Source: an uncultured delta proteobacterium
Lineage (GTDB): Bacteria > Desulfobacterota > Syntrophorhabdia > Syntrophorhabdales > WCHB1-27
Assembly (NCBI GenBank): GCA_963810935.1
Contig: CAWEPK010000009.1
Coordinates: 312,562 to 376,561, forward strand
Direction: 5' to 3'
Length of the DNA: 64,000 bases
In this document: positions 51,835 to 61,128 of the stretch, one piece after another
How the letters are laid out: the number at the start of each line of letters is the position of its first letter
How positions within the stretch are numbered: the stretch's first letter is position 1
The notes under the pieces: model-generated
Database searches by the model: none
The model's input: only the letters and a program-made list of their open reading frames with translations
What the model was told of the DNA's origin: nothing
Made by a program: the position numbers and the translations under genes

Positions 51835-53584
51835 GACTGTTTTCTTCTACATCACCGCGCAGGGGCGCGGCCTTGCGGAAAGCTTGTCACTCGGTTTTCC
51901 GGGCGCTGCACTCTTGCGCTTCTCCGGGGGCGCAGTCGCAGACCACTGGAAGACCGGGGCTGGGCTCGTCTTCATCATGGCGGCAGGCATCGTTGTACGT
52001 ACCATCGCCCCGCTTCTCACAGACAAGCGGACCGACCCGGCCGTAATTGTGCTTGACGAAAAAGGCAGGCACGCGATCAGCCTTGTGGGCGGACACGTTG
52101 CAGGGGCAAACGCGCTCGCAGCACAGGTCGCCCGCCTTTGCGGCGGTGATGCGATCATAACGACGGCATCCGACGTGAACGGCCTTCCTGCAATCGACCT
52201 CTGGGCAAAGACGCAGGGCTTTGTCCCCGAAGACCCGAAAGGTTTTGCAGGTGCCGGGCGAAAGCTCCTCGACCGGAATGCGCTCAGGCTCTTTTCCGAT
52301 GTCCCCGTCGAGGCACCGCAGTCGTTCAAAATAGTCGATGCTCCGGAGCGGGCGGACATAATCGTCACAAACAGGGAAAATGCGGCAGCCGGCGTGAAAC
52401 CTTCCGCCCTCGTGCTAAGGCCCGGGAACCTCGTCGCAGGCATCGGATGCAACAGCGGCACGGAGGCGGCTGAGATCGAACAGGCAGTCAGGCTGGCCCT
52501 CGCCGTGCACGGCCTCTCCTTTTTGTCGCTGGCCGCAGTCGCGACCATCGACCGGAAAAGCGGCGAGGCCGGACTGCGGACATTCGCAGAAAGCCACGAC
52601 CTGCCCCTTATCACGTTCTCCCCTGCGGATCTGAACAATGTATCGGGCGCAGCTTCTTCGGCCGCAGTTATGAAGGCGACGGGGGCGCGGGCAGTCGCGG
52701 AGCCTTCGGCCGTCCTTGGCGCCCACGGCGGCGCGCTAATCGTCGGAAAGCAAAAAATGGGCAACGTGACTGTCGCCATTGCCGAAGAGAGGCGCGGCAA
52801 CAAGGCGGGCAGAAAGAAACGGCGGGGCCGGGCCGCAGGAAAGATCTACGTTGTCGGCGTGGGGCCCGGCAGCCTCAGGCACCTGACCCCGGCCGCATCG
52901 GACGCAATCGCCGCATCGGACGCAATCGTAGGCTACGGCCCTTACCTCGACCTCATCGGTCCGCTCATCGCAGGAAAGAAAAAGGTGACTACAGGGATGT
53001 CGAGGGAGATAGAGCGCTGTGAAAAGGCGGTCGAGCTATGCAGCGCAGGGCTGACCGTTTCCGTTATCAGCGGCGGGGACGCGGGCATTTACGCAATGGC
53101 GGGGCCCGTGCTCGAAGTCCTGAAGAAACAGCGCAAAGCAAAGGGGCACACCGTTGAGGTAGTCCCCGGCATATCTTCTTTAAGCGCCTGCGCTGCCCTG
53201 CTCGGCGCGCCGATTATGCACGATTTCGCATCAGTGAGCCTTTCCGACCGGCTGACCCCCTGGCTGACGATAGAAGACCGCCTCGTTGCCGCGGCACGCG
53301 CGGACTTCGTCATCGTCCTTTACAACCCGAGGTCGAAGGGGCGGGCGGACCACATAAGGAAGGCGCAGGCCGTCATACTGAGGCACAGGAAGCCCGCGAC
53401 GCCCGTAGGGATCGTCAGGGCGGCGACGCGGCCCGGCGAGCGCGTGGTTATCACCGATCTGGCCGGCATGCCTTTCGACGAGATAGATATGCAGACTACG
53501 GTGATCGTCGGCAACTCGAAGACAACCGTCTGGAACGGCATGATGATTACCCCGAGGGGATACGAGAACAAGGAGCGGAAATAA
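51818..53584 (+). CDS. cbiGH: Fused CbiG (cobalt-precorrin-5A hydrolase) and CbiH (precorrin-3B C17-methyltransferase)
   Basis: MAAGIVVRTIAP..DKRTDPAV, GGHVAGAN, GIGC, VAEPSA; then VGVGPGS, SGGDAGIYAMAG, HDFASVSLSD, LYNPRS, TPRGY. Confidence 0.93.
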   Translation: MASASKTVFFYITAQGRGLAESLSLGFPGAALLRFSGGAVADHWKTGAGLVFIMAAGIVVRTIAPLLTDKRTDPAVIVLDEKGRHAISLVGGHVAGANALAAQVARLCGGDAIITTASDVNGLPAIDLWAKTQGFVPEDPKGFAGAGRKLLDRNALRLFSDVPVEAPQSFKIVDAPERADIIVTNRENAAAGVKPSALVLRPGNLVAGIGCNSGTEAAEIEQAVRLALAVHGLSFLSLAAVATIDRKSGEAGLRTFAESHDLPLITFSPADLNNVSGAASSAAVMKATGARAVAEPSAVLGAHGGALIVGKQKMGNVTVAIAEERRGNKAGRKKRRGRAAGKIYVVGVGPGSLRHLTPAASDAIAASDAIVGYGPYLDLIGPLIAGKKKVTTGMSREIERCEKAVELCSAGLTVSVISGGDAGIYAMAGPVLEVLKKQRKAKGHTVEVVPGISSLSACAALLGAPIMHDFASVSLSDRLTPWLTIEDRLVAAARADFVIVLYNPRSKGRADHIRKAQAVILRHRKPATPVGIVRAATRPGERVVITDLAGMPFDEIDMQTTVIVGNSKTTVWNGMMITPRGYENKERK

Positions 53585-53587
53585 GCA

Positions 53588-54878
53588 ATGGGCGGACCCG
53601 GCAACAAGACCATCGCGCTCCTCTGGGACGAATCTTTTCTCTGGGGAGTAATGGCGTACAGGGCGCTTGCCGAGGCCGGTCTTCCCTTCCGGCTGCTTTC
53701 GGCCGCCGATCTCAAAGAGGGGATGCCGGGCGACTGCGCTGCGCTTTTCGTGCCGGGCGGATGGGCCTCGAACAAAATGAAGGCCATCGGCAATGACGGG
53801 GCAGCCCGGATACGCGACTTTGTCGCCGAAGGGGGCGCCTACATCGGTTTTTGCGGAGGCGCAGGGCTGGCGACTGACGAATGGCCTTGCGCTCGTCGAT
53901 GCTCGCCGAAGGCCGACGAAAGAGCGCGTGCCCAGTTTTAGCGGCCCCATACGGCTGGTCACGAACGGCGACCGACTCTGGGAAGGGATAAGCGATCCCG
54001 TTTTCTACGCATGGTGGCCTTCCCAGGTCGACGCAGGCCGCGACGCTTCAGTACTTGCCGCGTACGGGGAGGCTTTTCCCGGCGCGTTCAGCTCGGACCT
54101 GAACGTGGGCGACACTATTGCGGCAGGCGGTTGGAAGGAGCTGGAGGCCCGGTACGCGATCAACCTCGACCCGGAGCGCCTGCGAGGCGAGCCGGCAGTC
54201 ATCAGGAGCAGGTTCGGCGAGGGGACGGTCCTGCTTTCCCTCGTCCACTTCGATTCGCCCGACGATGCGAACGGCGCGACGGTCCTGGCTAACATCTGGA
54301 AAGAGCTCCTCCCGGCCTGCGCTCCCGCGACCGTCCGCAAAAAAACCGCCCAGCCGGAGAAGACGACTTCCCTTGCGGCGGCCCGCCCAGCCCTTGCTGC
54401 ACTCGCGGAAGAAATGAAACAGTCGGTTGACGGCCTTATCGACCTCGGAGTACGGAACTTCCTCTGGTTTCCGAGGAATAGCGTCATCCTGCAATGGCGG
54501 CGAGGTGTGAGGGGCCTCGAATACTGCACGCTGAAGGTGCTGATGGATGAGATCGCAGGGATCGTCGCGGCAAGGCCGGGCTGTCCGGCGGCCACCCATG
54601 ACGGGAAAGACACAGGGCGCATCGCGGCCTTAGCCGCAGAAAGCCTTGCGGCCGCCGCCGAATGGCTCTTCCCGTTCATCGATGAGGCCCGCACCCTTCT
54701 CGTCCTCGAAAGACAGGCCATGACGACAGAAAGGCTAACCTTCGACGAAAGCAGCGACCCGGCCATAAGGGCCATACGGGCAAAGCTCTTCTCCGGCGCG
54801 AAGAGTCACGGGGGGATGTTCAAGAAGGTAATCGACAGCCTGGATTCTGTGCTCTACAGCCTGATTGCAAAAAAATAA
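53588..54878 (+). CDS. BPL_N-like / class I glutamine-amidotransferase-fold protein of unknown function; +1 frameshift near 53880
   Basis: LFVPGGW...IRDFVAEGGAYIGFCGGAGLA nucleophile elbow; continues in ORF 53793-54878 (G..VLLSLVHFD); 3 nt after the cbiGH stop. Confidence 0.75.
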
Positions 54879-54910
54879 GGACCGGGGTGGTTGCGGCCGC
54901 CCCGGTCCTT
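54877..54910. terminator. Hairpin between the convergent cob operon and degP
   Basis: AAGGACCGGGGTGG/CCGCCCCGGTCCTT stem; A-run on the left gives a T-run on the minus strand. Confidence 0.75.
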
Positions 54911-54928
54911 CGCTTGTCCTTTTCGGTT

Positions 54929-56395
54929 TTACCCTTTTAACACTACGTAGAACGTATTCTTTCCCCGCTGGATGAGAAGCAGGGCGCCTTCCTTTTGGGG
55001 GTCCGCCTTGCTGAGATTCTGCTTCATCTCTTCCGTGCTCTTGACCTTATGGCGGTTCACTTCCAGGACTACGTCGCCTTTGTGCAGTCCGGCTTCCGCT
55101 GCCGGGCTCCCCGACCGGACGGCCGTTATTACTACGCCGTGGTCCGTCTTCATGCCCAGCTCCGACCTCAGTTCCGGGGTAAGCTCCTCTGTCTGAAGGC
55201 CCCACTTGCTATCGGAGTCCGGTGCTGCTTTTTCTTCCCTGGCCTCGGTAGCCGGCATCTTGCCGACCGTTGCCTTGACGGTCATCGGCTTCCCGTCCCG
55301 CATGATCTTCATAGAGACTTCTTTGCCTACGGGTACCCCGGCAACCAGGGCAGGCAGGTCGTGTCCGCCCTTTATCTCCTTACCCTCGAATTCAACGATG
55401 ACGTCGCCCCGCTTAATGCCCGCCTTATCCGCCGGGCCGCCTTCCACCACGTCGCCGACGAGCGCGCCTTTCGAACCCTTGATATTGAGCGATGCGGCAA
55501 GCTCTTCAGTAAGGTCCTGGATATTGACGCCCAGGTAGCCGCGCGTCACGCTGCCCTTGGACACAAGCTCGGGGAGCAAGGTCTTCGCTGTATTTATGGG
55601 AATGGCAAAACCGATCCCCTGGCCGTTAGGTATTATGGCCGTTGCAATGCCGACCACCTCGCCTTTCATGTTGAAAAGCGGCCCGCCCGAGTTGCCGGGG
55701 TTTATCGGCGCGTCGGTCTGGATAAAGTCGTCGTACGGCCCTGCCCCGATGATCCTTCCCTTTGCGCTGACGATGCCGGAAGTGACGGTATTGCTGAGGC
55801 CGAAGGGGTTGCCGACGGCTATGATCCAATCGCCGACCCGAAGCGTCTCGGAGTTGCCGAGCCGCGCCGCCCTGAAATTGCCTTTCGCTTCGGTCCTGAT
55901 TACCGCAAGGTCCGTCTTCGGGTCGCGCCCGATAACGCGCGCCTTGAGCTCCTTCTGGTCGATCATCGTTACCGTGATCTCCTGCGCGCCCTCGACGACG
56001 TGGTTATTCGTAAGGATCGTGCCGTCGGCGTTGATGATCACGCCGGAGCCCGCCCCCCTGCTTTTGAACGTGCGTGGCTGCTGCCGCTGCATGTCTCCGA
56101 AGAAGCGCCTGAACATATCGCCGAAGGGGCCTTCTTCCATCCCCGGCATATCAGGGAATTGCGTCTTCTCGAGCCTCGTTATTTTGACGTTGACTACGGA
56201 AGGCCCGACCGCCTCCACGAGGTCCGCGAAAGACGCAGGCGGGTTGCCTACCGCCTCATGGATTGCTGCCGGCTGCGCCTGGGCCGAATGGCCGAAGGAA
56301 GAAGCGATCAACATCCCGCCGGCAAGCATCGCGACTGCCCCGAAAGCCATCGCGGCGTACCTGAAACCTGCAAGACTAATTAGACGTTTCAGCAT
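54929..56395 (-). CDS. degP: DegP/DegQ (HtrA) periplasmic serine protease with two PDZ domains
   Basis: GSGVII, LTNNHVV, DLAVI, QTDAPINPGNSGGPL; start MLKRLIS after SD AGGAGG. Confidence 0.93.
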   Translation of the reverse strand: MLKRLISLAGFRYAAMAFGAVAMLAGGMLIASSFGHSAQAQPAAIHEAVGNPPASFADLVEAVGPSVVNVKITRLEKTQFPDMPGMEEGPFGDMFRRFFGDMQRQQPRTFKSRGAGSGVIINADGTILTNNHVVEGAQEITVTMIDQKELKARVIGRDPKTDLAVIRTEAKGNFRAARLGNSETLRVGDWIIAVGNPFGLSNTVTSGIVSAKGRIIGAGPYDDFIQTDAPINPGNSGGPLFNMKGEVVGIATAIIPNGQGIGFAIPINTAKTLLPELVSKGSVTRGYLGVNIQDLTEELAASLNIKGSKGALVGDVVEGGPADKAGIKRGDVIVEFEGKEIKGGHDLPALVAGVPVGKEVSMKIMRDGKPMTVKATVGKMPATEAREEKAAPDSDSKWGLQTEELTPELRSELGMKTDHGVVITAVRSGSPAAEAGLHKGDVVLEVNRHKVKSTEEMKQNLSKADPQKEGALLLIQRGKNTFYVVLKG

Positions 56396-56526
56396 GTTCT
56401 GAGAATTCCTCCTAAATACGGGTCTGTCGGCGGGCACTTGCTTCATTGTCCGCCCGCTTCTTTAAGGGATAGTATAACCCGATAATATTAAAACTAAATT
56501 AATTGAATATTAGAAGACTCTCATCC

Positions 56527-56612
56527 TTGGGGCTCAGCACCCCCTCCACGGGCAAAGCTGCAACCCTTCCCTCCTTACGTCGGGCGGGTGCCCCGGCCTC
56601 CCCGCTCGGCGC
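56527..56612. repeat. Dispersed intergenic repeat, copy 2 (with internal insertion)
   Basis: TTGGGGCTCAGCACCCCCTCCACGGGCAAAGC...GCCTCCCCGCTCGGCGC; matches 23525-23580. Confidence 0.8.
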
Positions 56613-56621
56613 TTCCTGCTT

Positions 56622-58033
56622 TCACGCGGTAGACGAGAGAGGCAGATAGACCCTGAAGGTGCTTCCACTACCCGGCTCGCTCATCGAGCTCGATGCGGCC
56701 GCCGTGCGCCTCCACGATCGACTGCACGATCGAGAGCCCCAGGCCCGAGCCTCCCTGCGGCTGCGACCTGGCATCGGCCGAGCGGTAGAACCGCTTGAAT
56801 ACGTTCTGCTGCTCTTCCGCCGGGATGCCGATCCCGGTGTCCGCCACGCCGAGGACCGCGAAACCGCCCTCCTGTGCTATCTCGACCGCCACCAGTCCCT
56901 TCGGCGGGCGTATATTTTACGGCATTGTCCACGAGATTGAAGAGCAGGCGCTCCAGATGGAAGCGGTCGCCTGCGACCATAAGCGGCTCTATCCTGCCCA
57001 CCTTGAGCACTACGCCCTTCTTTGACGCATGGGGACCGAGCCGCAAAAGCACTTCTTCGGCAACAAGGACGAGGTCCACGGGTGCGTGTTCTATCCTGAG
57101 CACGCCCGCGTCCGACCGGGCCAGCAGCAGGAGCCCCTCGACGAGGAGCGATATCCTCTCGATCTCTTCGAGGGCGCTCTTCAGCACCTCTCCGTATTCA
57201 TCGGGGCGCCTCGTAGAGCGCAGGGCCACCTCCATCTCGCCCCGCAGGATCGTGAGCGGCGTCTGCAGCTCGTGTGACGCATCGGCTGTGAACTGGCGCA
57301 TCTCGGCAAAGGAGGTCTCCAGCCGGCCGAGCATCTCGTTGAGCGTATCCGCCAGCCTGTCCAGCTCGTCGCCGGTCCCGCTTTTCTCCAGCCTGTCGCT
57401 CAGGCGGCCCGCCTTGATCCTCTGCGCGGCCTGCGTCATCCGGTCTACGGGGCTCAGCGCCCGGCGGGCGGCAAGCCACCCGCCCCCTGCCGCAAGGGCA
57501 AGGGCAAGAGGGAAGAGCCCGGCCATGACGATCAACAGATGGGACAACGTTTTTGCGATGTTCATCCGCGACATGCCGACCCTGACTACTCCCATGAAGC
57601 GCCCGGAGTCTAGCACAGGCCAGGTGAGGACCCTTACCGGGTAGCGCTCCCCGTAATCGATAGTCTCGAACGTCGCGATGCCCCGGACCGCGTTGGCCCT
57701 CGCCTGCTTGCTCAGGGATGAGATATCCGGCTCGGAGGGAGGCGCTTTTCTGGCCTGATGTCCGGGGTTGAGCCATTCGAAATACGGCGCTGTGGGGACG
57801 GTGCCGAAGAACCGCCGGAAGACCTCATCGACATCGGGCGCCACCTGGTTATGCGACTCCGCCAGGCTTTTCTCAGCCAATGTCTCCGCGACGCCACGCA
57901 AAGCGGAATCCGTCTCTTTGTCGAGCGTGTAGCCGACAAGCACGTAGGCGGCTACGCCGAGGATCACGAACGTGAGCGCCAGAAGCCCGGAATACCAGAG
58001 GGTGAGCCGGGTCCTTATCGAGCGAAGCGGCAT
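56622..58033 (-). CDS. HAMP-domain sensor histidine kinase (CusS-like family); two +1 frameshifts near 56893 and 56685
   Basis: FTADASHELQTPL H-box, NLVDNAVKYT N-box; DTGIGIP, FKRFYR, GSGLGLSI in the next frame; ends GSTFRVYLPLSSTA. Confidence 0.9.
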
Positions 58034-58707
58034 TATTCCACCTTCATTACGTACCCGACGCCCCGCACCGTGTGGATGAGCCTGACTTCCGACTCCGCGT
58101 CGATCTTCTTCCGCAGGTAGTTAACATAGACGTCGACGACGTTTGTCCCGGTGTCGAAATCGTGGTTCCAGACGTGGTCCGTTATCATGGCCCTCGTGAC
58201 TACCCGGCCCGCGTTGCGCATGAGGTATTCAAGGAGGGAGAATTCCTTCAGCGTAAGCTCGATCTTGCGCGACCCCCGCATGACCGTATGGCGGGCAAGA
58301 TCGAGGGAGACATCGGCGAACCGGAGCACGCTGTCTTCGATCCCGCCGGCGCCCCGCCGCAGCAGCGCCCTGACCCTGGCGATAAGCTCGTCAAAGGCAA
58401 AAGGCTTCGTGAGATAATCGTCCGCACCCGAGTTGAGGCCGAGCACCTTGTCCTCGATGGTCGCCCGGACGGTGAGGAGAAGGACCGGCGTTGCGACGCG
58501 TTCCTCCCGCAGCTTCTTGAGCACGGCTATGCCGTCGAGCTTCGGCAGGTAAATATCCAGGATTATAAGGTCGTACTCTTTGTCCGTGGCGAGGTACAGC
58601 CCGTCCTGGCCGTTATCAGCCAGATCGACCGCGTAACCCTCTTCCTGGAGGCCCTTGCGGAGGAAGTTGGCAACCTTCTTCTCGTCCTCTACAACGAGGA
58701 TTTTCAT
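58033..58707 (-). CDS. OmpR-family response regulator (CusR-like)
   Basis: ILVVEDE, ILDIYLP, GADDYLTKPF, TNVVDVYVNYLRKKID, IHTVRGVGY. Confidence 0.94.
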   Translation of the reverse strand: MKILVVEDEKKVANFLRKGLQEEGYAVDLADNGQDGLYLATDKEYDLIILDIYLPKLDGIAVLKKLREERVATPVLLLTVRATIEDKVLGLNSGADDYLTKPFAFDELIARVRALLRRGAGGIEDSVLRFADVSLDLARHTVMRGSRKIELTLKEFSLLEYLMRNAGRVVTRAMITDHVWNHDFDTGTNVVDVYVNYLRKKIDAESEVRLIHTVRGVGYVMKVE

Positions 58708-58773
58708 CAGCTAGTTGATACCATAGATATTGGAGAATCTCAACGCCCTGTTGAGTCGATCAACTTCCTTCGA

Positions 58774-58812
58774 AATAACGCCGATTTAACGGTGGCTTAA
58801 CTCTCAGCTAAC
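58774..58812 (+). promoter_or_regulatory. Pho-box-like direct repeats upstream of pstS
   Basis: TAAC at 58776, 58787, 58798 and 58809 (exact 11-bp period). Confidence 0.6.
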
Positions 58813-58962
58813 AATGATCATCTATTGTTATTCCATCGGCGAATCTGTTATCCGGGTGCAAAGACACCATTGATAAATACGTGCTGCAATCAACGGACGC
58901 GGCCGGAATGTCCGGCTTTTGCCCGTTCTACTCCCTGCGGGGAAATACAAAGGAGTGCCCTT

Positions 58963-59985
58963 ATGAAAATAGCTTGCGGGATGCTGTCTGTTATGGTCGC
59001 CGTTACGTTGGTCTGCCTGGGTGGTTACGCGGCTGCCGCCGACTTCGTGAAGCTCCAGGGCGCAGGAGCCAGCTTCCCAGCCCCTCTTTATCTTAAATGG
59101 TTCAAGGCTTACGGCGGCGTCCACAAGAACGTGCAGATCAACTACCAGTCGGTGGGGTCGGGGAGCGGCGTAAAGAGCTTTATCGACAGGACCATCGACT
59201 TCGGGGCAAGCGACGCGGCGATGACGCCGGAAGAGATCGCGAAGGTCCAGGGTGGCGTCCTCTGCCTGCCGATGACTGCGGGCAGTATCGTCATCGCCTA
59301 TAACGTCCAGGGCGTAACGGACCTCAAGCTCTCCAGGAAGGCATATGCAGGCATTTTCCTCGGGACGGTGAAGAAATGGAACGACCCGCTTATCGCCCAG
59401 GCAAACCCCGGCGCGAAGCTGCCCGACGCTGCGATCAGCGTCATCACCCGCGCAGACTCAAGCGGGACGACCTACGTCTTTACCAAGCACATGAGCGCGA
59501 TAAGCCCCGCCTTCGCAAAAAGTCCCGGCGCGAACAAGATGCCCAACTGGCCGGTCGGGACCCGCTCCAAAGGCAATGAAGGCGTAACGGCCGCGGTCAA
59601 AACGACGCCCAACTCCATCGGATACGTAGAATACGGCTATGCCAAGAGCCAGAAACTGGCCTTCGCCAGCCTGGAGAACAAGGCGGGCGCATACATGAGC
59701 GCCACAACGGCGTCCGGCCAGGCAGCCCTCGCCTCTGCGCACCTGCCGGCCGACCTTATCGCCTGGGCGTCCGACCCAGCGGGCAAAGACGCCTATCCCA
59801 TCGTCACCTATACCTGGCTCCTTCTCTACAAGCAGTATCCGGACAAGAAAAAGGCCGACGTCCTCAAGGACCTCCTCGCGTACTGCGTGAAAGACGGCCA
59901 GAAGGATGCGGAGCCGCTGGGTTACATTCCGCTGCCCCAAACGGTGAGCAACGCAGTTATGGGCGCGTTGCAGACGGTTAAGTAA
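58963..59985 (+). CDS. pstS: Phosphate ABC transporter substrate-binding protein
   Basis: GAGASFPAPLY, YQSVGSGSG, DFGASDA, RADSSGTT, AYPIVTYTW; SD AAGGAG. Confidence 0.96.
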   Translation: MKIACGMLSVMVAVTLVCLGGYAAAADFVKLQGAGASFPAPLYLKWFKAYGGVHKNVQINYQSVGSGSGVKSFIDRTIDFGASDAAMTPEEIAKVQGGVLCLPMTAGSIVIAYNVQGVTDLKLSRKAYAGIFLGTVKKWNDPLIAQANPGAKLPDAAISVITRADSSGTTYVFTKHMSAISPAFAKSPGANKMPNWPVGTRSKGNEGVTAAVKTTPNSIGYVEYGYAKSQKLAFASLENKAGAYMSATTASGQAALASAHLPADLIAWASDPAGKDAYPIVTYTWLLLYKQYPDKKKADVLKDLLAYCVKDGQKDAEPLGYIPLPQTVSNAVMGALQTVK

Positions 59986-60014
59986 TGACGGGCTTTACAT
60001 ATCGCTCCCTACCC

Positions 60015-60049
60015 CCGGGGCGCTGCAACAGCTTAGGGCGGCGCCCCGG
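60015..60049 (+). other. Intercistronic stem-loop between pstS and pstC
   Basis: CCGGGGCGCTGC/GCGGCGCCCCGG 12-bp stem with no U-tail; probably stabilises pstS mRNA. Confidence 0.6.
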
Positions 60050-60093
60050 CGCCCATTGCCGGCCGGAATTCCTGAGACCAACGGAGGCGACAT

Positions 60094-61122
60094 ATGAGCG
60101 CATCATCGGTTAAGGTACAGATATCGCAGCCCCCGACCCGCTTTCAGCAGGTCGCCGATCTGCTCTTTCGCAGGCTCTGCCACGGGTTCGCCTGGCTCTC
60201 CGTCCTCCTGGCCGCTTTCATCGTGCTCAAGATAGCACTGGCTGCCGCTCCTGCGGTAAGCCGGCACGGGCTCGCCTTCATTACGGGCACTACCTGGGAC
60301 CCGAACACAGGACAGTTCGGCATCCTTCCGGAGATATGGGGCACCCTTTACACGTCCTGCCTGGCGCTTATCGTCGGCACGGCCTTTGGAGTGGCGGCGG
60401 CGATCTTTCTGAGTGAAGGCTTCCTCTCGCAGGGGATTTTCGGGGTCCTGAAGCTCCTGCGCATCGAGTTTCACCCGTTTTTCGGGAAGCTGCCGGACCA
60501 GATGGAGGCCCTTCTCAAGAACCTCATCGAGTTGCTGGCCGCAATACCGAGCGTAGTCTACGGCCTCTGGGGACTCTTCGTCGTCATCCCCACGATACGC
60601 CCGGCGTGCAACTGGATCAACCTGAAACTCGGGTGGATACCTTTCTTCGGCACTACCCTCACGGGCCCCGGCGTTCTGCCGGCGGTAATCGTCCTGTCCA
60701 TCATGATACTGCCCACCATTACCGCCATCAGCAGGGACGCCCTCGTATCGGTCCCGCCGAAGCTGAGGACAGCGGCGTACGGGATGGGTGCGACCCGCTG
60801 GGAGACCATACTGGCCGTCATCCTTCCCACGGCGACGAGGGGCATCGTAGCGGCGGTCATCCTCGCCTTCGGCCGCGCCCTCGGCGAGACCATGGCCCTC
60901 GCCATGCTCGTCGGCAACGCCAACCGTGTCAGCCTTTCGCTCTTCTCGCCGGCGAACACGCTTGCGGCCCTTTTGGCGAACAACTTCCCGGAGGCGGCCA
61001 AAAAGGACGTCCCCGTGCTGATGTACGCCGCCATGGTGCTTCTAGCCATAACACTCTTCGTGAACATCGTCGGCTCGATCATACTGGAGCGCGCGTCGTC
61101 CGCGGCCGAAGGAGGAAAATAA
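60094..61122 (+). CDS. pstC: Phosphate ABC transporter permease
   Basis: IELLAAIPSVVYGLWG, MILPTI, GRALGETMA. Confidence 0.96.
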   Translation: MSASSVKVQISQPPTRFQQVADLLFRRLCHGFAWLSVLLAAFIVLKIALAAAPAVSRHGLAFITGTTWDPNTGQFGILPEIWGTLYTSCLALIVGTAFGVAAAIFLSEGFLSQGIFGVLKLLRIEFHPFFGKLPDQMEALLKNLIELLAAIPSVVYGLWGLFVVIPTIRPACNWINLKLGWIPFFGTTLTGPGVLPAVIVLSIMILPTITAISRDALVSVPPKLRTAAYGMGATRWETILAVILPTATRGIVAAVILAFGRALGETMALAMLVGNANRVSLSLFSPANTLAALLANNFPEAAKKDVPVLMYAAMVLLAITLFVNIVGSIILERASSAAEGGK

Positions 61123-61128
61123 GACGCC

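Noticed and set aside
52892..52927. Perfect 18-bp tandem duplication (AASDAI x2) in cbiH
   Set aside because: In frame, only two units, protein length looks normal; not an array or contingency locus
37304..54878. Programmed ribosomal frameshifting or pseudogenisation of cob genes
   Set aside because: No shared slippery motif, and the same insertion bias occurs in unrelated genes, so sequencing error is more likely
60010..60060. SAH-riboswitch-like GGGCGCTGCAAC
   Set aside because: Lacks the CAGGCTCGG segment and the expected gene context; explained as a pstS-pstC stem-loop
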